Positions 53,111 through 64,000 of a DNA stretch of 64,000 nucleotides are shown here, piece by piece. Source of the DNA: Girardia tigrina (taxonomy: Eukaryota); contig MQRK01244224.1 in the NCBI GenBank assembly GCA_001938485.1, positions 21,310 to 85,309 of the forward strand, in the 5' to 3' direction. The notes under the pieces were generated by a model. It worked only from the letters and a program-made list of their open reading frames with translations, made no database searches and was not told the DNA's origin. The position numbers and the translations under genes are program-made. Each line of letters starts with the position of its first letter. Position 1 is the stretch's first letter.

Positions 53111-53866
53111 ATTAAAAGATATTCTGTTTGAAAAATCATTTGTATTGGGAAAAAAACTATTTTTTTAATATTTTTAACATGAAAAAATGGCTTAAATTAT
53201 TTAATATCAAAATGTTAATAAATAAACATAAAATTTTAATTTTAAACATTTTATTTAATCTTTTACATTTATAACGATATCGTTTTTATTTGAATTTATT
53301 TATTTCAAAATTTACTTAAACTAATTAATTTTCTCTGTCGTTGGATAAAATTTATTAATAAATAATATTTTTCCAAATAAAAATAAATTTATAAATTCTT
53401 ATTAAAAATTCTTTTTATTTTTGATAAATAAAAATTAATTAATTTTTTATTATTTATTAAAAACAAAACTAAATAAACAAATGTTTGATCTGAAAAAAAA
53501 CGGGGTAATAAATAATAAATTAAGAGACAAAAAATATTTTTTTAAAAAAATTAATAAAATTCAAATTTACTTTGTTCACTTATTGATAATAAAAATTATA
53601 ATTTTTAAATATTATATTTAAATTTTTATTATTATTTTTTTATTATTACTTAACATAGATTTTATAGTATGTAATATATCAAAGTTTCTTAATCAAGGGG
53701 TCGCGTTTAAATGTTTTTTGAGACATGTATTAATATTAGAGAACCGAAGGATTTCTTATTAATTCATTTTATTATTTTTTCTTCAAAATACGACGCTAGA
53801 GTATTCCATATCTCTTATTTATCCGTTCACTTACGTCTCTGGCCTTATTCCATATATATGTAGCCA

Positions 53867-54200
53867 TGGAATTTAGAAACCTGTTTTTGAAGGTCTTTTA
53901 CTCAATCGACTTTCTTCAAACTTTGCACACTTACTCATTCTCAATGACAATAAATGAGTATGTAACAATTTGATCGAAAAAACTTTTTAAGATCCCAAAA
54001 TTGGAAAAAAACGAAAAATTCGGAGTTCCCAAGTAATATTATTTGCAAGATATCTACTTATAAATTATAAGTAGTTTATATTAATTTTTAATGTGTTTTT
54101 TTAATTAAAATATTTTAAATTTTAAAAACTTTGTTGGCAAAGTAGAGTTCTATCTACATAAAGAATGGATATAAAAATATATTTTTTGATTTACTAGTTT
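53867..54200 (+). repeat. Repeat family A copy
   Basis: Starts tggaatttagaaacc; aligns to 25531-25880 and, reversed, to 8440-8776. Confidence 0.75.
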
Positions 54201-54981
54201 TTTAATAAATTCTGCGAGCATTAGACTGCATTATTTCACTTGTTCCGAAAATCTGCAATTGTCTGTGCCATCTTGTTTGTCGTCTTTAATTGCCTTTTTA
54301 CCAGAGCCCAATATCTTTCGATTACTTCACATAGACTTCTGTGTTTATTGTGTCAGATGTGACAAAGCATTTACTCCTTTTCTCGCATCCACATATAGCC
54401 TGCCAAAAAAGAAATTATTTGGGAAACTTAAATTTTTTCTTGCTTCTAAATTTGACTTTAACTCTTCCTCTCTTAGTTGCAGAGTAAAATTCTTGTTCAT
54501 GTAGCTGGGAAAACTTGCAGAACACATAAGTCTCATAATCCATAATGCAAAATTTTTTTCTTTGCAAGAAAACCAGATTTTAACTTTCTGGCTCGTTGCT
54601 GCGTCTTTAGGTTCTTGTTAGCGTTCCGGCCTGGTAGTGTTTGAACTTTATGCGTTTTTAAACTCACAGATTTTTTAATTTTTTCGAACTGTTTTCTCGA
54701 TGTAATTTGCCTTTAAGGCCAGTTTTCGATTTGATAGACTAGAATTTCTCTCTAACAGAGTCTTTACTTTCTTCACATTCTGTGTACAAGAAAAACCTTT
54801 TCTTCTTTCGAACCAATTTTTTTTAAAAACGTTCAAATTCTCATTGAAGTTTTTAATAACGTTAGAAACTATTTTCTGACAAACCTTTGCCTTTCTGGAA
54901 ATATTTTTCTAACTTGATTGTGGATGTTCTTGAAATAAACAGATAATAATATCGCGACTTGCTGTTTCTGTCGACATACAT
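54200..54981 (-). mobile_element. Decayed Tc1-like (DD37E-type) transposase, 5' two-thirds
   Basis: HTH-like N-terminus, MDYETYV and KFPK.FLFWQAICGC..SKCFVTSDTIN; truncated at the family A repeat. Confidence 0.65.
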
Positions 54982-55526
54982 GAAAAATAAATTTAAAAAT
55001 GAATACTAAAATGAATTTTATTTTGATTTACTGAAGCAACAGCCTACTTGATTAGTTTTCTGTGATTTGGGAATTTATGTTGGAGTTATAGAGATTTAAA
55101 ATTAGTAATATTTTTCGCATTCAGTCCTTAAGAATATTTTTTTAGTTATTAAATTAATATATTTTAAATAAATCCATAGATTTTTAACAAATAACTTGGG
55201 TTTGCAATAATGGTATCACTGGTAATTTGAAAACTTAATTTCGGTAATACCGGTATTTGGCTGACATTAAATGGTACTACTTCCATTTGGGCTAAAGTAT
55301 CATTAAACCTAAAATAAGAATTCAAAAACGACATGGATTTTAAAATAAAAAATAAAGCACGAGCCACATAAACATTTTTTTCCGCTAATGACTTTATTTA
55401 AACGGTCCAAGAGACAATAGATGGTTTTGTTAAAGACATTAAAAAAATTTATTTTAAATATAATTTTTGAAAACTTAAAATTCTTTGGATATAACAATAA
55501 AAAGCAAAGAATGCAATAATACTTAC

Positions 55527-55684
55527 GGTAACCAAAAATATATTCCAAATAAAATATGCTGGTCGTCTGGCTGCTCGGCATTTGACTGAAATGGCTGGTT
55601 TGACCGAAGAGGGATCAGCGTATTCATAAGCAAGTTCTTTCTGTTCAGTTTCTATGTGCTTGAAGAGATACCATTCTTGTTCAT
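55527..55684 (-). CDS. Pentameric ligand-gated ion channel exon (end of extracellular domain and start of M1)
   Basis: Acceptor ttcaactttcag and donor gtaagt. 158 nt = 2 nt + 52 codons: (D)EQEWYLFKHIETEQKELAYEYADPSSVKPAISVKCRAARRPAYFIWNIFLVT. EW and the pre-M1 RRPxYFxWN are pLGIC hallmarks; ends in phase 0. Confidence 0.9.
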
Positions 55685-56479
55685 CTGAAAGTTGAAATAA
55701 AATATTTTTATTACTAATTTTTCCCTGGAAAATGATTTTAAAACTTAAGTGTAAATAATTAATAATATACTTTTATTCAGAAAAATATTAAATGCATTAA
55801 CGTCAAATATAATTATGCAAATTACTGTTTCCATCAAAACACATTAAATATTGATGCTAATGTTTTCATTTTTATTCGTTTTCATTTGGTTTTAAGTTAA
55901 TTTTAATATTTATTTATCCATCAATATCACCAATAAATTTTATATTTATAATTAATATAACAAGCTACAGTTAAATAAGAGTTGTAATGGTATAATTAAC
56001 GTTACACAATTTGAAAAACTCATTTAATATATCACGAACGCTTTTAAGGAAAACAGAAAGCCTTTTTCTATAAATTTTATTATTATATATCAGATTCGTC
56101 TGTAAAGGAAACGTCAGTAGTAACAATAGTTAAAAAGAAAACTATATCACAGTTAAATACATATGAAATATATATAAAGGATATAATACGTAAAATTATA
56201 TATAATATATAATATATTATATATTATATATTAATAAATTAAATTTTAAGTGTTTTGTTTTATATTAATTTTTGGATTATTATATTTAAGTACTATTCAG
56301 TTTTTAATTAATAAACAAATTGAGTCATGACTTTGTAGAAAACGATGATTTTTTTTATAAATGTAAATAATTTAATTATATATATATATATGTGTGTGTG
56401 TGTGTATTATACTTCAAACATTATAAGATCTTGTGAGGGTACAAAAAATCACAATATATTATTTATTTTCTTTATCTTG

Positions 56480-57100
56480 TTTATCCCACGGAAAGTCGTA
56501 TAAAAATATGGAAAAGGTGTACATAAGGCCTTCATTCACAGGGCTAGGAATCCGTTTTTACAATTCGAACTCACAGGTAAGAGCTAAATATTTTACAGAC
56601 GCTTGCAGGAATGTTTACAAACAATTAGCTAAAGCACAAAAAGTTAAATTGGACAAACGTGGTTTAAGAAAAGAATAAAAGAAAATAACATGCAAAACAA
56701 TAAAAAATCATTGAAATGCCATTTTCTGAAGGATTTAAAAGAATGAAGAGTGTTTGATTGTAAAAAGGGGCGATCAAACCAACAACAAATTCAATGAATT
56801 CATGATGAAAAATACCTCATAATTGGAAGAAAGCGAAATAATGATTATAAAACCCAAAAAAAGCATTCCTGATGTTAAATTTATAAACAATAGCAAATCA
56901 ATGAAACTTTTGAGCTAATAAAATCGTATCGAAAGTAACATGAAGAGAAAAATGTTGGAGTATCTCAAAATCAAATCAAATGGCGGAATAATATTGATAG
57001 AAAAACATAAAAGAAATCAAAGCTCCTCCAAACCAACTGAAATAGAAAAAAAATCTTTACGTCAAAAACAAACGATAACAACTACAATCGATTTAGATAA
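56480..57100 (+). mobile_element. Possible decayed non-LTR retrotransposon post-RT region
   Basis: HGKS..MEKVYIRPSFTGLGI resembles the ERLYxxRxxGGxGL motif of RLE-type LINEs; purine-rich, with many stops. Confidence 0.3.
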
Positions 57101-58067
57101 TTAAATTTACGAATCGATCGTAAATTTAATCGTAATTGAATCGATTCTATTAATTGAAGAACTCGTTTTACAGTTTGTATGGAATTGTAATTTACCTATA
57201 AATTTCGATTTTTCCAACTCGATGTACGATTAATTCTGTTCGATTAAAGTGTGGTTTCTTTCTTCAAATGATTCTTTGAAAATACCCATTAATTTTTATA
57301 ATTCCACTGAACTATTTCAACGATATAATTTAGAATTTATTTACAAATGTATTTTTTTAATTTTTTTTATGGAATTTGTAAATTGTTTGTTCTAAAAAAT
57401 GATTTTGTAAATTTTAAATAAGAAAGTTTCAAAAAATATATTAATAAAAATTGTAAATAATTCGAGTTGTTTATTCGAACTAAGGGAAGAAAGTGTAAAC
57501 ACACGAAATGAAAAGAGAAATAAATTGTAGATTGTTATTAAATAAAATTTCGATGAAAGCTTCTATTGAATAACTAAAATCAATTGGCGAAAATGAGTTC
57601 TTAGAAATTGTTTGTCTTTTGACAAAAAAACCGAGATATGGATGAAAATTATCCAAAATCGAGAATGGACGATTTTGGATGGCAACAACAGAAATCTTTT
57701 AAACACGGAAAATCGAACGGTGTTTCGGAATTTCGATCTCTCTTGATCACGACAGTCAATCGCGAAGTGATTGTTTTGGAGATAGAAATTTCGATCCAAG
57801 AGACGATAATGTGAGTTTTGATGCGCAAATGTTGTTAAGAATTGATAAATAAGTTATGATATTTGTTTATATATTTAGAATTGTAAATAAAGAATAAAGT
57901 TTTGTTTCTTTTTTTTTGATAGAAAAATGTATTATAATTTTTTTGTAATTTTGTGGGTTTTTTGTAAATTCTGGAAAATACTAAAATTCGGGTTTTTGTG
58001 TTGTTTAAATGGAATGTTGCATGGTAACGTGATGATTTTTGCTTTGATTTCGTGTCAGTTGTATTGA

Positions 58068-58693
58068 ATCAATAAACGTTGAATTTATTTTGAATTTGCA
58101 AATCTCTAAATTACTTAATTCATCGATAATTTTCTATTTTTTTACTGTGTCTCTTACAACGGTCGATTCCGAAATGATGCTCGTTCAAAAGCCGAGCAAC
58201 TCTGAAATCACAGAGAAATTAAAAATTCTCAATGACAAAGCTGAATCGGTGTTTCTGAAAAATACTCTCTTAACCGATGACGGTGTATTGAATAAGATTT
58301 TGACAGATTCGAATTACGAATCCGATACGAAATTGTTGTCAAATAAATTTGCNNNNNNNNNNNNNNNNNNNNNNNNNNNNNNNNNNNNNNNNNNNNNNNN
58401 NNAATCAATAAACGTTGAATTTATTTTGAATTTGCAAATCTCTAAATTACTTAATTCATCGATAATTTTCTATTTCTATTTTTTTACTGTGTCTCTTACA
58501 ACGGTCGATTCCGAATTGATGCTCGTTCAAAAGCCGAGCAACTCTGAAATCACAGAGAAATTAAAAATTCTCAATGACAAAGCTGAATCGGTGTTTCTGA
58601 AAAATACTCTCTTAACCGAGACGGTGTATTGAATAAGATTTTGACAGATTCGAATTACGAATCCGATACGAAATTGTTGTTAAATAAATTTGC
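58068..58693 (+). repeat. About 285-bp tandem duplication across a 50-N gap
   Basis: 58068-58352 and 58403-58693 are nearly identical and abut the gap. Confidence 0.8.
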
Positions 58694-61157
58694 AAGTATC
58701 AATATTAAAACGAATAAATCTCTATGGGCCCAGATGCTCCCTTCTGTCGGACAATTCGAAAAAAAATTTGTTGAAAGGAATTAATAATAAATGTGTGAAA
58801 TTTTCGTTGTTGGGAGATATCGAACAGACGATTAGAGACAAAATCAAATTGTTGTCGTTTGTAGTTGATGGACCGTGACGTGAATCATGTGATTGTTAGT
58901 TTTTCCAATTCCAATCAATATTTCCCCAAATTGACACCTACAATGGCGGGCTAGAGCTTGAAAATGGTGCGTTTTCGGTTGCAATTTTAGCAAGTCTTCA
59001 TACCAGCAGTTGGTATTGATCGCGTTGAAATTCTCGGTAAGATTGGTTTTTTTAGCCCTCCCCGTCCCGAAATTACAGAGCACTGAACCTTGGGACGCCG
59101 CCACCGCTCTGTGACCTCTCCCGTGCAAACAAAGAGTATTTGCAAGAAAATAAGTAATGTCAAAGTGGTTAAAATTACCTTGGATTAAATGTCTGATGCT
59201 CCGCCATGTGAGCTATCAGGGTACATTCAGGGATCAACTTTGCAAGCCAAGTAGAAATACTTCCACGCACTGTCACTGGGGTAGATTTCTGAAAAACTGG
59301 AACATAGTCCGTCTCTAGGCCAAAATATCTGAAAGCTAGCTTATATATGCTCCGACAGAATATTGTACCACCAGTGGGCTTGCATTCTACTTTCAAGTCA
59401 TTAGCTTTACTAATCTGGTTGGGGAGTAGTTACCCCGTAGTCAATGGTGAAATTACATTGCTATGATATCTGACTGATATTTAAATGTTTTGTTTTTTAA
59501 TCGAACTGAGCGGTGTTGCAATAAAACCTGTTAATACTGCTGGAGCAAAAACCTGCCGATCCCCAAGCTTTAACAAAGTGACTTCAAAAATATTAAAGAA
59601 ATATCAAAAATATAAATAAAAACATTAAACCCAATAACAAAATTACGTGTTTTTAAATATATTAAAGTTTATAGAGAAGATTTACTCATTAATTTTTGTT
59701 TCTGTTGTGTAATTTTAAACTAAAATAATTTTAATTATTGGTATAAAAATGCATATCTCAGATATTTTAAAATTAAAGCAGATTATTTTTTATTATACTT
59801 TTAGAGGTTCAGAACTCAAATCTTGTATTGTACAAAAAGGTTGTATTATATAAAATAAATTCATCTTCAAATACAGTAATTTTATTTCCTGACCGAAAGA
59901 ATGAATATCCCTTACATCTGAAAATTTAGAAAATACAAAAAATATAATTAATAATAGTTCCTAAGGAAATATTTCGTTTGCTTGATCGACTACGGTGAGT
60001 GATAAAACTTAGAATTATAATTTATTTGTCCAAGAAAGATTTCAAATTCATAAAATTGTAAACTCAGAGACGAAAACATAATTTTTTATTTGATAAACAT
60101 AAATAAAAATTGTTCATTTTAAAAATTAAATAAAATATCAAAAAGAATTCTCATTAACTAATATTTATTTTGTTTTAAATGATAAAAGAATCTTGAAAAA
60201 AATTATTAATTTTCTGTGAAAATAATATAAATATTTAATTGTTAAACAACATTTTTTCCAACCGCAATTCGATTCCTCTTTAAAAATAAAATAAACAGTG
60301 TTAAAATTTTGGGGAGTTCACATAAAGGTTTGAATTTTAATATTTAATAAATTAAAATTTAAAATGAGAATTTTATTATTTAAACAAAATTATAAAATTG
60401 TAAAATTTATAAGAATATAATACCAAAAATGAAAATTTTAGTATATGACTTTTTAAAAAGTATGTTTAACGAATAAATAGAAACTTTTAAAATAGAAATA
60501 TTTCTGATATGAAGATTTTTTAAAAAATAATTTTAACAAAATCTGGAACGGATACATTTTTAATGTTATAAATTTAATTTTGAAAATTCCAAAAAAATAA
60601 TAAACTAGGTATTCATATTTATATTACATTATCTTTATGTATAAAAAGTGGGTGTAAAAGCAAAGTTGTTCCTCGAAAATGTGTTTGAATAATATATTAT
60701 TGTGCTATGTTAATAAAAATTTTGTGTTATGACTTCAACTCTTGATATTTGTAAAACCTTGTTTTGTGTATCATTTTTATCATTATACTTAATGTATTGT
60801 TTTTTTATCATCTTTTCGTTTTGTATTTATTTATGTCAGAGGGATCATTTAGTCAAAGAAAGAGATGTAAAACACCGAAGAATAGACATTAAAAGATACG
60901 CAAAATTCCACCCCTTCAGAATAGTTATCATAATTGAGAGGATCTTGAGAAGCTTTTTTAATTAAAGCTAAAAAAGACATTTTAAATTAATTAATTTAAA
61001 TTGTATTTTAAAAGTATATTTTGAAGCATATTTTTGGAATATATTTTAAAGTATAATTAAATATTGAAACAGAAATGCTTAGATTTTTAAATTAATAAAA
61101 GTATTAAATTAAATAGATTTTAAATTTAAGGTAGTTGGTAAATTTAATAGTTTAGAA

Positions 61158-61797
61158 CAGAGGTGTCCAAACTTTTTGCTACGAGGGCCAGTTTGGTATT
61201 TAAATTCATTATCGGGGGCTAAGAATTGTAAATGTGCGAATTAAAAAACCTTATTACAAGTACTTAAAGCAGAATTGAATTTTATTTTTTAAGGTAAATT
61301 ACAGATAACAATACTAAACAAAAATATCTAAATTATATTATAAAATTATTTCACGCAGCTTTTAATGGGAGTGGTGGAACTGGGTTTTTTCCTGGAGAGT
61401 TTCTTCGAAGTTGGGATTCAAATTGGAAACACNNNTTATAAGCAATGATTGCAGATGATCATCCGATAAATTTTCCCTGTATTTAGATTTCAGATACTTC
61501 ATCCTGGAAAAGGTTTGTTCGCACAAATTTTTCTGGCAACACAATTTATTGGCGATATGTTCAACAAATCTGCAAACCCGCGGTCTTTTGATTGGAATTA
61601 TAAGGTAGCCAGAATGTACTTTTTAGTGCGTAATATCGTGCTCATTCTAACCGAATGCGCTCTTTATCCACGCGAGATCTATTACCGACGAGCCACGCCA
61701 TTTTTATTTTACATAATTTTTCAAAATATTTGGCGGGCCGGATAAAATCCCCTAGCGGGCCGGGTTTGACCCGCGGGCCGTAGTTTGGACACCTCTG
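61158..61797 (-). mobile_element. Internally deleted hAT (Buster/SPIN-like) element
   Basis: 16-bp perfect TIRs CAGAGGTGTCCAAACT and a perfect 8-bp TSD gtttagaa; retains the hAT dimerisation-domain end LCEQTFSRMKYLKSKYRENLSDDHL. Confidence 0.93.
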
Positions 61798-64000
61798 GTT
61801 TAGAAAACAAATTAAATATAACATCTTAAGAATAGTTAAACAGAATTTAATAAAGTTTTAGAAATTAAATGCAATAGGAAGAAAAATAAATATCAAATAA
61901 ATATTAAAATATCATAATATCATATATATCAAAATATATCATATATCATATATATATAAAAATATATCATATATATCACATATATCAAAATATCATATCA
62001 TATTATAATATCATAATAAATATTAAAATTAACGAAATTTAATAAACTGTTCATTTGAAAGAAAATAAAATATTTCAAAAAATACAAAATTAAATACGAA
62101 GTTAATAAGTAAACTATTTGAAAATAGTTTATTTTTATAATTTAAATAGTTTTTAAATTCGAAAAATTTGATTAAATAATACAAAATTTCGAAAATAATA
62201 TATTTGCATATTTATATTAAATTTATTTTAATTTAATTGGTTTTAGAAAGAAAAATTTAAAAATCATTCCTTAGAAACTTAATTAGGAAAACTTGTTTGA
62301 ATAATGTTTTTTTATTGTTGTTATTAAAGTTTCGAAAATGTCTGAATTTTCATCTGAAAATAATACCCAGCTTTACAATAAAAATGACTACTAATATGCT
62401 TCCCGAAGATCGGATGGTGGCTGCAGATGTGTGGAAAGGAACTAGGAGCTCGAAGTCATTGTACTGGGACCATTTTGATATTCGAGGATTCGAGTTCAAA
62501 TTAATTAATTTCATATGCGATCGATTAAAAAAATTAAATATGTAGTATTCAAATTCGCTTTTTGTTTTGTATTTATTTATATGTCAGAGGGATCATTTAG
62601 TCAAAGAAAGAGATGTAAAAAACGAAAAATAGACACAGTCGTCAAATAGACAAATATTCGTCAAATTGTAAAATAATCAATCGAAAATTATTCGTTAAAT
62701 AATCAAATAATCAATCGTTATTTTATAAAAAAATTGAAAATTGTCATAAATTAAAATTTCAAAAAAATGTGGGCGCCTAAATATAAGATTTCTTTTTAAA
62801 AATATAACCAAAATATTTCAAGTTTTAAAGATCTTCTTTTGTTTAGACCCATTTAGACATGAAAAACGAACATAAATGATAAATTTAGAATTCTTAAAAA
62901 ATTGGACTTAACACTACGATCTTTACGGCTGTTTGCTGGGGCCACTAAGAGAATAACAAAAGACGTGTAGTGATTAGTTACCTCTACAAATTCTTTATTA
63001 ATGGAGGCTGCATTCATTATCTTCAATGTAGTTAATTCAATAAAAAAGTAAACGATATCTACGTCTGATTATTTAAGTAATTAGATTTAAACAACCATTT
63101 CATAAAATTTAACATCAACTGTAAATTTACAAAATTAAAATATTTACAATTTTTTTGGAATTCAAACTTTAATTTTTAGAAAAGAAGATATTTTAATTTC
63201 AAATATTTCTAATTCTGATTTGATTTTTTTATTTAATTTAGAGAATTTCTTGTTTCGAATATTTCCGATTTGGATTTTCATCGAGTTGTTAGTTGTTTGA
63301 ATACGAAATATTGATTGAGGAAAAGTTGATTCGTGAAGATATCCCCTGTAGCTTGTTTCGCAATGTTAGCCACGTCAATATTATAGTACAACAAAATAAT
63401 TTTTAATACATTTTCATCTTACTTTTAATAATCAATTCGCCGATATTTATTTTTTAAATCATCATTTAATTTTTTTCAATCCTGATTAAATTATAATAAT
63501 TATTATTATAAATCGGTTTTACAATTATTCTTTAAAATAATAATCAGTCAAATATTTTGTATAAATGTTTTATACCACAAAACATAAATTTAATGTTATA
63601 TATTGTTAATATTAACAAAATATATTTATGTAAATCTAATTTTCGGAAATAATTTTGATAAATTATTTATGTCAATATTTGTAAACAATATTAATTTGTT
63701 TATCCATTTATGTCGCAATTTGTAATCTAATATTTAAACATTTAAATATAATTTATATATTTGTCTAAAAATTATAATAATTAATTTATATAATGACAAT
63801 AATTTTTTTGTTTGTTTTGCCTTTTAAAACAAATAAACCATTTTATAACTTTTGTTTTAGTGAGAAATAAATTCTAATTTTACAATTAAGGAAATCTTAT
63901 AAAGTTTTCTCAACTCTTTTATCTCGATTTTATTAATTTGCTTATTGATTAGTTACTTTGTTACATTAATTATGATTGTTTTCTATAATATATATTGTTA

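Noticed and set aside
57100-57130. 13-bp-arm palindrome attaaatttacga/tcgtaaatttaat
   Set aside because: AT-rich and isolated; plausible by chance or as a repeat remnant.
58068-58693. Tandem duplication and 180-aa ORF as a biological repeat protein
   Set aside because: Near-identical copies on each side of a 50-N gap are typical of unmerged contig or haplotype overlap.
60815-62635. About 65-bp direct repeat at about 60.82 kb and 62.57 kb as LTRs
   Set aside because: Too short, no TG..CA ends, PBS or PPT, and no retroelement coding between them.
62972-63060. Possible upstream channel exon ending SINKEFVE
   Set aside because: The donor is phase 0 but the 55684 exon needs phase 1, and there is no FPFD-type motif.

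Overview
Very AT-rich eukaryotic (animal) genomic DNA from a gapped draft assembly. The repeat spectrum (mariners, Penelope, Polinton, short-LTR Gypsy) suggests a planarian-like invertebrate, but that is inference. Nearly the whole window is intronic to one minus-strand gene, a pentameric ligand-gated ion channel of the atypical short-loop ('Cys-less'/Pro-loop-like) type. Four GT-AG exons splice in frame (55527-55684, 32297-32452, 9178-9372, 2651-2698) across introns of about 23.1, 22.9 and 6.5 kb; its 5' exons were not found and probably lie beyond the window. The introns hold many decayed mobile elements: mariners, DD37E Tc1-like elements, hAT elements, MULE remnants, a two-LTR Gypsy element, and Penelope elements with minimal hammerhead ribozymes. 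The most unusual block is about 3.3 kb (33.55-36.84 kb) lying between the two halves of a mariner. It contains an array of about 14 RFX X-box motifs with partial 21-bp periodicity, a decayed TBP-like gene, an orphan ORF and the C-terminus of a protein-primed DNA polymerase B, so it looks like a Polinton/adintovirus-like relic with its own transcription module. Other oddities: a Gypsy primer-binding site matching the 5' end of tRNA-Lys, a scrambled zinc-finger retroelement insertion inside a Penelope endonuclease gene, and an intronless PARP1 zinc-finger pseudogene. All family assignments are by eye from recalled motifs; no database search was run.
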